The translations under genes were made by a program, and so were the position numbers. The notes below the pieces were generated by a model. The model ran no database searches. It was given only the letters and a program-made list of their open reading frames with translations, and was not told the DNA's origin. 64,000 nucleotides of DNA from Mustelus asterias (Eukaryota): NCBI RefSeq assembly GCF_964213995.1, contig NC_135808.1:63674001-63738000 (forward strand), read 5' to 3'. Shown here in pieces: positions 1 through 12,870 of the stretch (within the stretch, counting starts at the first letter, position 1; each line of letters starts with the position of its first letter).

Positions 1-581
1 TTAGGAGTCGTAGCGTTATGTTGCAACTGTACACAACTCTGGTGCGGCCGCACTTGGAGTACTGTGTGCAGTTCTGGTCCCCACATTACAGGAAGGATGT
101 GGAGGCTTTGGAGAGGGTGCAGAGGAGGTTTACCAGGATGTTGCCTGGTATGGAGGGGAGATCCTATGAGGAGAGGCTGAGGGATTTGGGATTGTTTTCG
201 CTGGAAAGGCGGCGGCTAAGAGGGGATCTTATTGAAACATATAAGATGATTAGAGGTTTAGATAGGGTGGATAGTGATAGCCTTTTTCCTCTGATGGAGA
301 AATCCAGCACGAGGGGGCATGGCTTTAAATTGAGGGGGGGTAGTTATAGAACCGATGTCAGGGGTAGGTTCTTTACCCAGAGGGTGGTGAGGGATTGGAA
401 TGCCCTGCCAGCATCAGTAGTAAATGCGCCTAGTTTGGGGGCGTTTAAGAGATCCGTAGATAGGTTCATGGACGAAAAGAAATTGGTTTAGGTTGGAGGG
501 TCACAGTTTTTTTTTTAACTGGTCGGTGCAACATCGTGGGCCGAAGGGCCTGTTCTGCGCTGTAATGTTCTATGTTCTATG
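1..581 (+). mobile_element. CR1/HER1-type LINE 3' end (ORF2 C-terminus plus 3' UTR)
   Basis: ORF 18..491 reads LYTTLVRPHLEYCVQFWSP...LERRRLRGDLIETYK...FFTQRVVRDWNALP; tail gggccgaagggcctgttct...(gttctat)n. Confidence 0.95.
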
Positions 582-936
582 AAACATTCCAAAATGTTTC
601 ATAGGTGTAAGGGTGGATACAAGAGAGACTGCAAAGCCCGTGCCTGCTGCATTAGCTACTGTCCACTAAAGCAACGACAAGAGTACTAGAATTCATCTTG
701 GTGTCACTGGATTAGGGAGCAGGGTGCTGTCACGGAAAACTATTCATGTTGCAGTCCAAAAATCCCTGCTGACTTCCCCTGTCAAATGTCACCTGGGCAT
801 CTTGGCTGATAATGGAGACTTGACCCTGTGAAAATAAAGAGAGGAAAAGTAGCTCTTCAATGTTTCAAGTAAATAGATTCCCTCACTGACAAATCTCAAT
901 CAGACACCTGATTTTCAATCTCTTTTTCCTTTTCAG

Positions 937-1011
937 AACCAAGTACAGAATGTGAGAGTTATGTGTGCTAAAATCACCAGACGTTTCAAACAAATGCCAG
1001 AGCCACCGAAG
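937..1011 (+). pseudogene. candidate exon, NQVQNVRVMCAKITRRFKQMPEPPK (phase 0-0)
   Basis: Strong acceptor tctttttccttttcag, 75 nt open in only one frame, donor AAG|gtattt. Confidence 0.55.
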
Positions 1012-1348
1012 GTATTTCGTTGCACTGTTGTAAAGCTTTCTGATTTACCAATCCAATGTCGTTAACGACAAGGAAACAGTCATGTGGCAATGTTACTGGA
1101 TTAGTAATCCAGAGGCCTGAATTGATGCACCAGAGACAAATCCCAGCATGGCAGCAGGAAGAATTTAAATGTAATTAATGTCAATGTAATGGTGACTCTG
1201 AAACTACTTGCTTAATGTAAAAATTCCACCTTTTCCATAATTGGAGGAAATCTGCCATCCTTACCAGTCTGGCCTACATGCACCTACAGATCCACAGTAA
1301 TGTGATTAACTCTTAACTGCCCTCTAGCCTGAAGTACCTGCTGTACCT

Positions 1349-1627
1349 GCGGCACGGTGGCACAGTGGTTAGCACTGCTGCCTCACAGCGCCAAGATCCG
1401 GGTTCGATTCCCAGCTTGGGTCACTGTCTGTGTGGAGTCTGCACGTTCTCCCCGTGTCTGTGTGGGTTTCCTCCGGGTGCTCCGGTTTCCTCCCACAGTT
1501 CGAAAGACATGTTGGTTAGGTGCATTGACTTGAACAGTGTGGCAACTAGGTCATTTTCACAGTAACTTCATTGCAATGTTAATGTAAGCCTTACTTGTGA
1601 CTAATAAATAAACTTTAAAATAAACTT
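1349..1627 (+). mobile_element. alternative-tail SINE
   Basis: Same family as 9164-9432. Confidence 0.88.
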
Positions 1628-2094
1628 TAGTTGTATCAAATTGCAACAGAAATGTCAATTAAGAATAAAACTGGACACACCACCCATCAACCTAGGAAAA
1701 AGATTTGACAAAAGCAGACCTTGTCCAGTTGCCATTGCAAGGTCTGCCTCATTAACATCCAGACACTTGTGTCAAAATTGGGAGAGCCAATCAAACAACC
1801 TTACTCATGCTCATTTACAGACTCCAGACTCCCCCATCATCATCCTGATTATGCTCTGTCCCACTGGCATGACAGATACACCGGACTTTGGATGGGATTT
1901 TCTGGCCATGCTTGTCCCAAAACCAAAAAATTCTGCCCAAGGTCAATGAACCTTTGCATGGTCCCCCTCCACCCTTGCCTCCCCAACCCCATCCCACAGC
2001 CTTGATTCTCGTGGCAGGTAGGATGGGAAAATTCCCCCCTCTTTGTTTGACCGGATTCCATGGGACTTCATGGAAGTCGATGTTGAGGACTCTC

Positions 2095-2300
2095 AGAGCC
2101 ACTCACTCCCGACCATATAACACTGTGCCATCTCTGGTGGGTCTGTGCTGCTGGTGGGATAGGACATAGCCAGGGATGGTGATGAAGGATCCTGCGGCAT
2201 TGTCTGTAAAGTATGATTCAGTGGTTATGAGTATATCGGACTGTTGCTTGACTAGTCTGTGGTACAGCTGTCTAAATTTTGGCACATGGTAAGGAGGGCC
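2095..2300 (-). mobile_element. LINE apurinic-endonuclease fragment
   Basis: LVKQQSDILITTESYFTD...ITIPGYVLSHQQHRPTRDGTVLY. Confidence 0.7.
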
Positions 2301-4484
2301 AATTGAGCAGGTTGTTGTTTCCGCTTCTCAATTTGAGTTCATTCTTACTTGACTGTTGTGATACAACTGAGTGGTTTGCTAGGACATTTCAGAGGGTAGC
2401 CTAAGAGTCAGCCCTATTGCCATGGGCCTGGAGTCAAATATAGGCCAGACAAGGTTAAAACAAAAGATTTCATCCCCTTAAGGGAATTTGTGAACAGGAT
2501 GGATTTCCACAATAAAATGCTAGCTTCATGATCATCATTACTGACTAGAATTTTATTCCAAATTTATGCATTAATTTATTTTAAATTCCCTCAGCTACTG
2601 TGATTTGAACACATGACTCCAGAACATAGCCGAAATTTTATCAGCACACCCACCCTGGGACCTTACGAGCCTCGAGGCGGTATAATTCCAGCACATTAGT
2701 CTGGGCCTCTGGATGACTAGTCCAGTGACATTGCCATCATGTTACTAACCTCCAATTTCAGTAATGGTGTAACATGAATAATTTCTGATGGTGCCTGAGA
2801 GAATAGCCAATTGCATTTTGTTTTCAATTTGATTACATTTAGAAATCAATTTTTTGAGCTGCGTAATGCAAGTGTGACATATTGATGACAGGAGCGGTGA
2901 AATGTGGTGAGAATTTTACACAAGTGTAATGGCTTCAATAGACAGAGTAACGTTTGTCAAATGACTAACCTAGAGCTGCATATATTGAGTGCAAATATCT
3001 GTTGCATGGACTCGGCATGCAATTCCTTTTCAATTTCACTTTTCTTTCCTTATTGTGTTTGCCCTTTATATGTAAATTAGATGTCACATAATACAAAGGT
3101 ACACATTTCTCCTTTTTAGGGGAATGTTTTAGACACATACTTCTTGGGGAAGGGCATTAATTTTTAATTCTGGCAAAGATTATGCGAAAGTGTCGATGCT
3201 TATTATACACTATAATCTGTTTATGTAATAAAAATTAATGACCTTTGACGTTTGTGCACAGACAAATTGTTCATCTTGAGGTAATTCATTGTATCCTATT
3301 ATAAGCATTCATTTCCTCAAGCATCCTTTGTGATTTATATTTTGTTTATAGACTGCAATCCGGTAATTTTTCTCATGGTAGCAAATCCACTCCTGTTGGA
3401 GCTCCTCACTGTGCTACCAAAGAGTTGGTGCCACCTAACTTTGTTAGCTCCACATTAACATCATCGTGCATAGAGAGCAGTGTCACCGGGAGGTCTGGCA
3501 TGCTGATTAACACATCGACTGCAACCCACCCTTCCCTACCCCTCACCTTTTTCCACTTCCTTCTCTAGGAAGCTGGGGTCAACAAGACTGTTCCAGTGTA
3601 ACATGTACAGATACCCAATCTGTAGGAAGTCGTAATGAAATGATAATATCCCGATGTTGGAAGAAAACTTCAGAGGAAAGCAGAAACATGTACTGCAGTC
3701 AGGGGCCCACATTTTGAGTTTAAAATTGCTCCAACTTTACTCCATTAGCTTTTAAGACTCTGCGATCGTTTGCTCTTTTTAAAATTTTAATTCTGCCCAG
3801 GTTCTGCTTTTAACTGGGCCAAAATGGTGCAGAAAGTCCAGGCAATTGTACACTACAAAGAATGAAACAGTGTGTTCTCTGATTTGGTATGAGTATTTGC
3901 ATGGGCAATCAGTTTCCGTATGCAGAGGAATAAAACCTTGCTTTTAAATTAGTCCTCAAGATACCGCCAATTTGAACTGATTTGTGAAATAGTAATTTCA
4001 CTCATAATAGCGTGGACCGATGGTGATTCAGAAACTTTTCATTTATTGTGTTGCACACAACATAACATTGTTTTTGATGTGATTTCTTCCCAAAAGAAGA
4101 ACAGGGATGTGGCTGCCTGGTTTCAATAAGCTTGTTGGCTTTGTCTTGAGAGCAAAAGGCTGTATTGAAGTTTACTATTATTACCAGGGGTGAATCATCT
4201 CCAGCCCAATCGAATTTGCTTGGTCTGTGTTTTTTTTCCCTGGGAAATGCCGTGCACAGAGTTACTTGTTTGGGGATCTGACTGCATTCGTGCCAATTGC
4301 TCGAACAAAGGTTGGTGGTGGGCAGCAGTTGGCTTTTTCCACCAGTCATTCTGAAGGTTCGCACAGAGAATCAGCATGAGACCCCTGCCATGTGACCATT
4401 TGCTGGGCAGCTAAAGAACCCTCATTGTTGTGGTTGGTGAATAGATTTGCGTGATGGCAATAAAATGCAGGTTGCCAGTTTGTT

Positions 4485-4590
4485 GTGGCAGTGGGGCGAG
4501 GAGGGGGGGGGGGGGGGGAGCGGTGTGGGGGGTGGGGGGGTGGTGGTGGGGGAGTGTTGGTGGGGGGGGTGGGTGGTGGGGTGGGGGGGA
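4485..4590 (+). repeat. G-rich low-complexity tract (G-quadruplex potential)
   Basis: Many runs of 4 or more G. Confidence 0.7.
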
Positions 4591-5056
4591 AGGGTTACAA
4601 TGGTGTTACAAACACAGTATTAAGTAATTGGATGATCTGCCGTCCTTTTAAAAATGTAACGAACTCAAGTCACTTTCAGTTATAAACTTGACAAAAGTGA
4701 AAAGGTATAACCCCCATATTTAAGTTGCCTTCACTGTTTGTGCTCCACAAGAAGTGAGGATATTGCCCTAGTTTTGATTTCTCTTTAATGTGGCACGTCA
4801 TCAGTTGCTTTTCCTATGTTTCTGTCCGTCGTTTATTATTCTTCCATGAGCTGGGTTATCATGTATTTGATCTACTTTGTCAGTATAATGTGTTGTAAGA
4901 CTTATTTAGGAACATAGGAGCAGGAGGAGGCCACTCAGCCAGCTCCACCATTCAATGCATTCATCCACTTCATCCATTTTCCCCACATTATCCCCATATC
5001 CCTTTGTGTCATTGCGATTTAGAAATCTGCCAATCTCTGTTGTAAACGTACTCAGT

Positions 5057-5249
5057 GGGTGGGATTTTCTGCCTCTGCCGGTGGTGTGCATGCTGGCAGT
5101 GCGGGTGACGTTGGGATCTTCCAGTTCCGGCGACATCTGTGACATTTTGCCTGGCTTGCAACTTCTGCCACCAGGGAACCCACCGCAGGCTGACGCCATC
5201 AGCAGAAATGGAAGATCCCGCCATTAAGAAGGACTGGAAAATTCCACCC
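5057..5249. mobile_element. Harbinger-type MITE
   Basis: TIRs gggtgggattttc / gaaaattccaccc with 3-bp TSD agt; interrupts a CR1 tail. Related copies near 16525, 27205-27415, 34775-34985 and 47385-47585. Confidence 0.8.
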
Positions 5250-5335
5250 AGTGACTGAGCTTCCACAGCCCTCTGGGGCAGAGAATCCTTAAAACTAGCA
5301 GCCCTCTGAGTAGCTGCTTGAGATGATTATTTTAG

Positions 5336-5457
5336 GATCATTAAATCCACCAAAAGATGCATACGACACTCTGGGCGATTCAGCATTCTATCTGTTGTGT
5401 GCTTCACTTAACACATTGCAAATTATAAAGCTTGAAAAGGAGACTTGAAACCGAGAG
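5336..5457 (+). pseudogene. candidate exon, SLNPPKDAYDTLGDSAFYLLCASLNTLQIIKLEKET*NRE (phase 1-0)
   Basis: ttattttag acceptor, GAG|gtgttt donor, 40 codons with a single TGA; phase matches neighbouring candidates. Confidence 0.45.
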
Positions 5458-5836
5458 GTGTTTGTATCGGTATCCATGTTCAAAGGGACATTGTCTAATC
5501 ACAAGATATAAACTGTGTAAGAGGAAGTATTTAATTTTGTTTGGACTGAAGAAACTGAAATGATCACAAACTTCAGCTCTAAGTTCCAGAAGGGAAAACC
5601 AGCCCAAAGCAGGTAATTCAAATTCATGCCATGCACTTACTGAAACAACGCCTTGGTTGCTCGGAGATTGTGAATGGTTTCCATCCAACATTTTTTAAAA
5701 AATTCATTTCAGAAATGGGTTGGATGCTACACTGGACAGGATGGGTAACTGTCTGACCTTTACTTGCCAAGCTGGGGAGATGGCATCTGTTCAGAGCTTA
5801 TAACAATATGAGGATGACTTTATGAAATTATTTTAT

Positions 5837-6142
5837 GTGGTTAGCACTGTTGCCTCACAGCGCCAGAGACCTGGATTTGATTCCCAGCTTGGGTGACTGT
5901 CTGTGTGGAGCTTGTACATTCTCCTCGTGTCTGCGTGGGTTTCCTCCGAGTGCTCCGGTTTCCTCCCACAGTCCAAAGATGTGCAGGTTAGGTGGATTGG
6001 TCATGCTAAATTGCCCCTTAGTGTCAAGGGGACTAGCTCGGGTAAATGGATGGAGTTATAGGAATAGGGCCTGGGTGGGATTGTGGTTGCTGCAGACTCG
6101 ATGGGCTGAATGGCCTCTTTCTGCACTGTAGGATTTTATGAA
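5837..6142 (+). mobile_element. HE1-type SINE
   Basis: Same body and tail as 15628-15955. Confidence 0.88.
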
Positions 6143-7880
6143 ATGAATGAAAGTCACCCAAGTCCCAGAGGAGCTGACTCAAAAAAGGGAAGAGCTGACT
6201 GGCGGTGATTTAACCTCAGGGTCACCATATCTTAGGCAAGGAGAAAGGCTGAGAAGGCAGGGACTTCATGAATAACTTCAGCTAATACGGGAATTGAACC
6301 CACAATATTGGCATTGCTCCGTATCACGAACCATCTATCAAAGTTAACCAGCCCTTAGCACTGTGTAGTGCCTTCATCTGATCCCGTCCTCAATATTCTG
6401 GAGCATCTTTGGAATGACAAATACTTAGTTAGTTCTACATTAGCTTGCATTCAAAATAAGCATTGTGAACTGAATTTTTATTCCCGGGGTGGATAGCAGG
6501 AGTTGGGAAAATTCTTGGCTTGGCCCATCCGACTCAGGAGGAAGTGCCATGAAGGATGGGATTTTCATTCTTGAGGCCGCAACGTGTGGGCTGTGGTTGC
6601 GCTAGCCAACCAGGAAAAAAGTTCAGAGGCAGCCACAGGGGATGCAGGGTGCAGAGGCAGGCTGTCTAAAAGGCCCACCCTCGGCGCTGTGGGACTTCAT
6701 CCCAGTTAAAATAAAAACAGAAAGTCCCTCCACCTCTCAACTTTCACAGCCCCTCACCCCCGGACAGTCCCATGCCCCATCCATACCAGCGCATGGCCCT
6801 CACCACCAACCCCTATTGCCATTCCCATGCGCTAACTATAACGAATGCCCCCATGGCACCCTCCATGGCCCTTCATTCTCACCCATGCCAAACTGTGGCA
6901 TTTCTATGCCCATTCACCCACTGAACAATCGCATGGTATCAATGATCCCCACAGTAACTATAAGACATGTAAAATATTCCTTCAAAAATATTTCTGGGCT
7001 CTAAGCTGAGCCTCATTATGCATTCATGGCTGCTAACCAACACACTCATTAGTATACAGAAACACCTGATCCCCAGGGAAAACATTGCTTGATTGACAAC
7101 TCTGGCTCTGCAATCTATGCTGTCAATTGCACCTGAAAAAGAGGTTTCAAATGCTTGTAGTTCCGGCTATTGATACTTTAAATCATCTGCATGATTGACA
7201 TTTTTACTGGGCTGCTGTAAAAACGATTTATTTTTTAAAAAGTGGAAACCTATCAATGAATGTTTTTTGAAAGAATTTTTACATCTCCCATTGACACTAT
7301 AGGTTTCATTGATTCTATACCAATGTACAGTCAGTGACTGGGCATGTAAGTGATGAAGCTTGAAATGCAGTTGCATGAGGAGCCATGGGAGTAGGGTGGG
7401 GAGAGTGCATCCCTTGGAATGGTGCCATGAGAGGCCACGGGGGTTGGTTAGGGAGCACACCTTGGTATGAGATCAAGAAAAGCCAAGGGCAGTAGGTGGG
7501 TGGTATCCCTTGGCATGTAGTCATGCAAGGGCATACCTTGACATGGGGAGGGGGGGGGGCTTGATAAGGACCTTCTGAACCTATCTATCAAGAGGTTCTC
7601 TCATGCAGATTCTGCTTCATGGTACCTCTGAGATACCGTGAACAAAGACTCTTTGAAAAGCTGAGCAGATTTTATGAAAATTGTAGAGGACTGGGATATG
7701 ACTATCTCCATAATTGAGCTGGTCAGGTCAGGAATGCAGGATGCAGGCTCATGAACCAGGTCACACCCTTTAAAAGCCCTGGTAAAAACCAGGAACACAG
7801 GAATGGGATTGGGGCGCCCAGAATCGGGTCTCAGCCACCATTTTGAAAGCACATAGCAATTGCTGCTATTTATACTATAT

Positions 7881-8931
7881 GGGGGTGATTTTCAATGTAG
7901 CGGGTTGGGAGACTCAAGTGGAGGCCATGTAGCGGGCTTCCCGCTGGGCGCCACGGCCTCCGCGCATCTCCAGCTGCCCGATTTCCAGTGTCGTCAGCTC
8001 CATGCCAGAAATCAGCGCGGAGCTGAATAAATTGTTATAATGAGGATTTACGTTTGATTAGCGGGCCCAGGACTGAAGTCTCTGGGCCCGCTAGCCTCTT
8101 CCCCCACTGCCAGGAGTATTTCACTCCAGCGGGGTTTACAACAGCTCTCCACTAACGGGAAGCTGGGGCCTGACCCTACTGGAGTGAAGAGGGACATGAG
8201 GCCCCTAGAGGGTCGGGGGTAAGGGGGGAAGATGCCCCTTGAGCATTGCCAGCTTGACAATGCCAGCCTGGCCCCCCGGAACCGCCCAAGAGGCAAAGTG
8301 GCAATGCTCAGGGACACCTTGGCACTGCCCACTGAGCATCGGGCAGGGCCAAGAAGGCATCGGGAAGGGATGGGCCACTGGGCAGAGGGGGGGTGGGGGG
8401 GGGGGGACATCGGTAGGGGTAGGGGTCCTGCTGCCACTCTGCAATCAGGCTTGGTGACAGAAGGAGAGAGGCCAGCAATTGGTGCTGGCCATTTGGGTGA
8501 GGGGCTCGGGGGGTGCAGACAGCCTGCCGGGGGTGTTGGGGCTGGGGTGGGGGGGACGTCGGGGGGGATCGGGAAGTCGGAACTTTCGAAAGGGTGGAAG
8601 GGAATCAAGGCGGGGTGGAGGGAGGGGAGAGGGGGAGAGGCTGGCCCAGACACATCCGGGAGGCCAGCGATCAGGGTGTGAGGGGTCACATGGCCAGTGA
8701 TGTGGGGTCACGGGGCTGGTCAGCGATCAAGCTGGCCAGCAATTGGGAGGCCGACAGTGCAGGGCTGCTGCATATGCGCCAATCTCAGCACTGACAGATT
8801 CACGCTGGGGCACTCTGTGATGCACGGAGTGTGGGAGATTCATTTTGAAAATCCTGCTGAAAAAACAGCAGGATTCACTCCAGTTCTTCCGCAAATTCAG
8901 CACTTAGAATTTTTTTGGGAGAATCTCACCC
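7881..8931. mobile_element. GC-rich non-autonomous DNA transposon (Harbinger-like)
   Basis: Ends gggtgattttc / gagaatctcaccc flanked by tat. The G-rich interior explains the Gly/Pro-rich ORFs. Similar elements near 6480-7850, 10340-11600, 57560-58450 and 61900-62680. Confidence 0.6.
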
Positions 8932-9163
8932 TATATGTTTTGGAGTTAAGTGAGATGGGGTAAGTGTACTGCATTAGCACAATGCATAATTTGACAAAAG
9001 AGAAATAGCGAGCCTGGTGTCTCTCTCTCTGTCTCTGTCTCACTATTAATGGATGGGAGCGACAAAGTCACGATGCTCAACAGCAGACTCAGTGGATCAT
9101 GTGATCTTTACCTGTCACTCAGGTTTTTAATCTCAGATGTAATTATTAATTCACATGCTGCAG

Positions 9164-9432
9164 GCAGCACGGCGGCACAGTGGTTAGCACTGCTGCCTCA
9201 CACTGTCAGCGTGGAGTCTGCACGTTCTCCCCGTGTCTGCGTGGGTTTCCTCCGGGTGCTCCGGTTTCCTCCCACAGTCCAAAAGACGTGCTGGTTAGGT
9301 TGATTGGCCACGCTAAATTCTCCCTCAGTGTACCCGAACAGGCGCCGGAGTGTGGGGATTTTCACAGCAACTTCATTGCAGTGTTAATGTAAGCCTACTT
9401 GTGACACTAATAAATAAACTTAAACTTTACTT
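9164..9432 (+). mobile_element. HE1-related SINE with an alternative 3' tail
   Basis: HE1-like head and core followed by ctaaattctccctcagtgtacccgaacaggcgccggag...cttgtgacactaataaataaactt. Confidence 0.88.
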
Positions 9433-10460
9433 GAACAGCCGGTAGGTAGATCATGGTTTCCTGCAGCAACTGACTAGACAATTTTTTTACATCTTATTTC
9501 AAGTTTTTTTTTAACATTTACTGAACGCAAGCCAAACATTAGACTCAGACAAGATTTTCATCTCCACTTTTCGATTATCATACATGCACATATCAAATGC
9601 TTTTTGGCAGCACATTGGAAACAATGGCAGAATGTTTACTTAGCTGGATTTCCATGTGATTCATGGGAAGATGTGATGCCAACAGGAAATTAGGGACTTA
9701 GTTTGATGCTCCGTGGAATGTAAACACAAATTATTACAACCAGAAAGGAATAGATGATAAAATTCAGGCAAAAAGTGTAAATGCACCATGCCCAATAGAT
9801 TGCATCTTCAATATAATTTAGCAGTTCCGTCTGGCCCATAATTATCTTCATCACCTTGCCAAATTGGCCCTTAGCCTGTCTGCTGATGGAAGTGTTATCC
9901 ATGCCTGTCACCCCCTCCAGTCTCTGCCATTGCAGCGTTCTCCTGGGGGTCTTGCATCCTTCACCCTCCTTAATCTTCAACGCAACAAATCTCTTTCTTC
10001 CTGCTTGTACAGTGAAGATTCTCTGGGCTGAGGGGGTTGACCTATGATGAGAGGCAGAGTAAATTGGGCTTATACTCGCTGGAGTTTAGAAGAATGAGAG
10101 ACAATCTCTTTGAAGCCTACCCAATTCTGAAGGGTTTGATAGGGTAGACACTGAGAGATTGTTTCCTTTGGTCAGGATATCAAAAACACGCAGGCAGAAT
10201 TTGATTGAGAGATTTTTATGGCTAACACGAAGAGTTGCATATCCTAATTGTACATATCCCTCTTTGGAGCTTGGGGAGAATTCAATAGTTCCGACACAGA
10301 TAGGACATTATTTTTGATGCTAAGCTATTGATACTATAGCGGGGAATTTTCCATTCTCACCACGGAGTGCTGACTAAAGTGATTAAACTGGTGTGTAGTT
10401 CACCAGCTGCACAACCGGCTTTTCTTGCCACATTGTGCAGCTCTCTGTGCAAAAGAAAAT

Positions 10461-11234
10461 CAGTAAGAAGTTTAACAACACCAGGTTAAAGTCCAACAGG
10501 TTTATTTGGTAGCAAAAGCCACACAAGCTTTCGGAGCTCTTAGCCCCTTCTTCAGGTGAGTGGGAATTCTGTTCACAAACAGAGCTTATAAAGACACAGA
10601 CTCAATTTACATGAATAATGGTTGGAATGCAAATACTTACAACTAATCAAGTCTTTAAGAGACGAAACAATGTGAGTGGAGAGAGCATCAAGACAGGCTA
10701 AAAAGATGTGTATTGTCTCCAGACAAGACAGCCAGTGAAACTCTGCAGGTCCACGCAACTGTGGGAGTTACAAATAGTGTGACATGAACCCAATATCCCG
10801 GTTGAGGCCGTCCTCGTGTGTGCGGAACTTGGCTATCAGTTTCTGCTCAGCGACTCTGCGCTGTCGTGTGTCGCGAAGGCCGCCTTGGAGAACGCTTACC
10901 TGAATATCAGAGGCCGAATGCCCGTGACCGTGTATTGTCTGGAGACAATACACATCTTTTTAGCCTGTCTTGATGCTCTCTCCACTCACATTGTTTCGTC
11001 TCTTAAAGACTGGATTAGTTGTAAGTATTTGCATTCCAACCATTATTCATGTAAATTGAGTCTGTGTCTTTATAAGCTCTGTTTGTGAACAGAATTCCCA
11101 CTCACCTGAAGAAGGGGCTAAGAGCTCCGAAAGCTTTTGTGGCTTTTGCTACCAAATAAACCTGTTGGACTTTAACCTGGTGTTGTTAAACTTCTTACTG
11201 TGTTTACCCCAGTCCAACGCCGGCATCTCCACAT
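10461..11234. mobile_element. Penelope-like retroelement fragment with ~270-bp inverted arms, GIY-YIG C-terminal spacer and one-sided tail
   Basis: Arms 10461-10730 and 10931-11200 are near-identical inverted repeats. The spacer encodes, on the minus strand, VSVLQGGLRDTRQRRVAEQKLIAKFRTHEDGLNRDIGFMSHYL*. Tail at 11201-11234. Target duplication caaaagaaaat at 10450-10460 and 11235-11245. Confidence 0.88.
10522..10558 (-). ncRNA. minimal hammerhead ribozyme motif; mirror copy on the + strand at 11103-11139
   Basis: CAC-CTGAAGA-a-GGGGC-taaga-GCTCC-GAAA-GCT-T-GTG on the minus strand. The plus-strand mirror has a G>T change in stem I. Confidence 0.72.
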
Positions 11235-11739
11235 CAAAAGAAAATCTGCAGGCGTGGCTCACACCATCACGCTGGTAGGGCAGTGCCGGAGAAAGCTAGT
11301 CATCCCAATCTCTCTGATCGAAAATACAGGAATTCCATGCCACACACACACACACACATATCACAAGGGGACTCACCACCCCTACCCCCCTCCACCCCCA
11401 CCATGCCACCCCCCCCCCCGCCCCGCCCCCAGAACATGGGGGAGTTCTCACCACCATGGCCATGGGGAATACCTCCCCACCCACAGAGAAGGGGAACCCC
11501 CCCCTCCTCATTTATATGGGGTTCCCCAGTGGGGCCCCCTTGGCACTGCCCCCTGGCATTGTCCCCTGGCACTCAATGGTGTGATTCTCATTTTCTGACT
11601 CCCACGCTATTTTGCACCCATGCCACCATTTGTGCATGCAGCAGACGCAGGCACACAATCGCAACAACAGTGTGTATGGGATGTAGGATAAAACTGAGAG
11701 AGTGGAAATGTTAGATATTGCACTAAGTTAGTATTACAG

Positions 11740-12067
11740 GATATGGGATGGGTGTTGTGAATGGAAGTGTCGATATGAGAACCAATTTTCCAGTTGATTG
11801 ATAATGTGAACCAAGAGTTTCTCCGGTTTGTCCTCTTTTGAAGCAGCTTTTGCTGATTTAAGGTAGAAGTGTAGCTAATCCACATGGAGCTATCACCTCA
11901 CAGGTTTCCTCCTTGTTTGTCTCTGAAGAAGACTTCAGTGATAAGTTTGACCCATTTCTCTTTCATTCTAGTTCAGTAAAATCACCCAGCAGATGGGGAG
12001 AAGCCAGCATTACTCATTTGTGCAGACAATACAGGAGCGTCTGTCCTGTACTTCATGTTCTTTCACG
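11740..12067 (+). pseudogene. candidate exon pair 11740-11862 (DMGWVL*MEVSI*EPIFQLIDNVNQEFLRFVLF*SSFC*FK) and 11972-12067 (FSKITQQMGRSQHYSFVQTIQERLSCTSCSFT)
   Basis: Both lengths are multiples of 3 with AG/GT ends. The 109-bp intron has a polypyrimidine tract. All four stops in the first exon are TGA. Confidence 0.45.
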
Positions 12068-12514
12068 GTACTTTGCTTGTAAACATTTCTTGGAGTTCAA
12101 AGGATTCTTAATCCTTTTTGTCTCCCTGTGCTTCGTTGGTGGAGTGGAAAACATACATGTAACAATTTAGAATTGAGAAGAACCTTTTAATTTAAATTTA
12201 ATACTGAAGCATTGATTCAACACTAAAATGATTTGCCCATTAGTGCATGCGTTACATTATATTTGATTTTCCATATTATGATTTTTTTGGGAAAGGATAA
12301 TATCATACTGACTGGAATTAACTGCAGGATTTTCCAGTACTTTGCCTCCAGTCACCGCTGACACTAGAGTTTCATAGGAATCCTGCGCTGCTTTTGTATT
12401 TAGGGGACTACTGCTATTGTAATAATATACGCAGAATTTAATGGCAACTATTTCCTTCACATTTCTGACTTTCAGTTGTGTCAAACTGGCCAAGTGGATG
12501 TGCCTATATATTTT

Positions 12515-12870
12515 TTTATCCATTCATGGGACATGGACATCACTAGCTAACCAGCATTTGTTGCCCATCCCTAGTTGCCCGAAAGCAGTTGAGAGACAAA
12601 CACATTGCTGTGGCTCTGGATCCACATGTAGGTCAGACCAGGTAAGGATGGCAGATTTCCTTCCCTAAAGGACATCTGTGAACCAGATGGGTTTTTCCAA
12701 CAATCAACAATGGTTTCATGGTCACCAGTAAATTCTTAATTCCAAATTTTTTTTATTGCATTCAAATTCCACCATCTGCGGTGGCGGGATTTGAACCTGG
12801 GTCCCCAGAGCATTAGCTGAGTTTTTAGATTAATAGTCAGATGATAATACCACTAGGCCATCACCTCCCC
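12515..12870 (-). mobile_element. DeuSINE (SacSINE1)-like older SINE
   Basis: ttcatgggacatgg...gcccatccctag...gagtcaaccacattgctgtgg-type core...gggatttgaacc...ataccactaggccatcacctccc. Related copies near 1070-1325, 2365-2750, 15300-15610, 17090-17445, 20615-20760, 30090-30280 and 40680-41500. Family name from recall. Confidence 0.65.

Noticed and set aside
1349-1420. tRNA-like A and B boxes here and at many other sites
   Set aside because: They are SINE heads that continue into SINE core and tail, not tRNA genes.
1365-1565. Recurrent short ORFs starting MVSTAASQ or containing CLRGFPPGAPVSSHS
   Set aside because: Translations of SINE copies.
8048-8794. Long Pro/Gly-rich ORFs on both strands
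   Set aside because: By-product of the G/C-rich interior of a non-autonomous transposon; no domain motifs.
9820-10010. Apparent exon QFRLAHNYLHHLAKLALSL...
   Set aside because: Better explained as a degenerate LINE ORF2 fragment of the IHAFVTSRLDYCN type.
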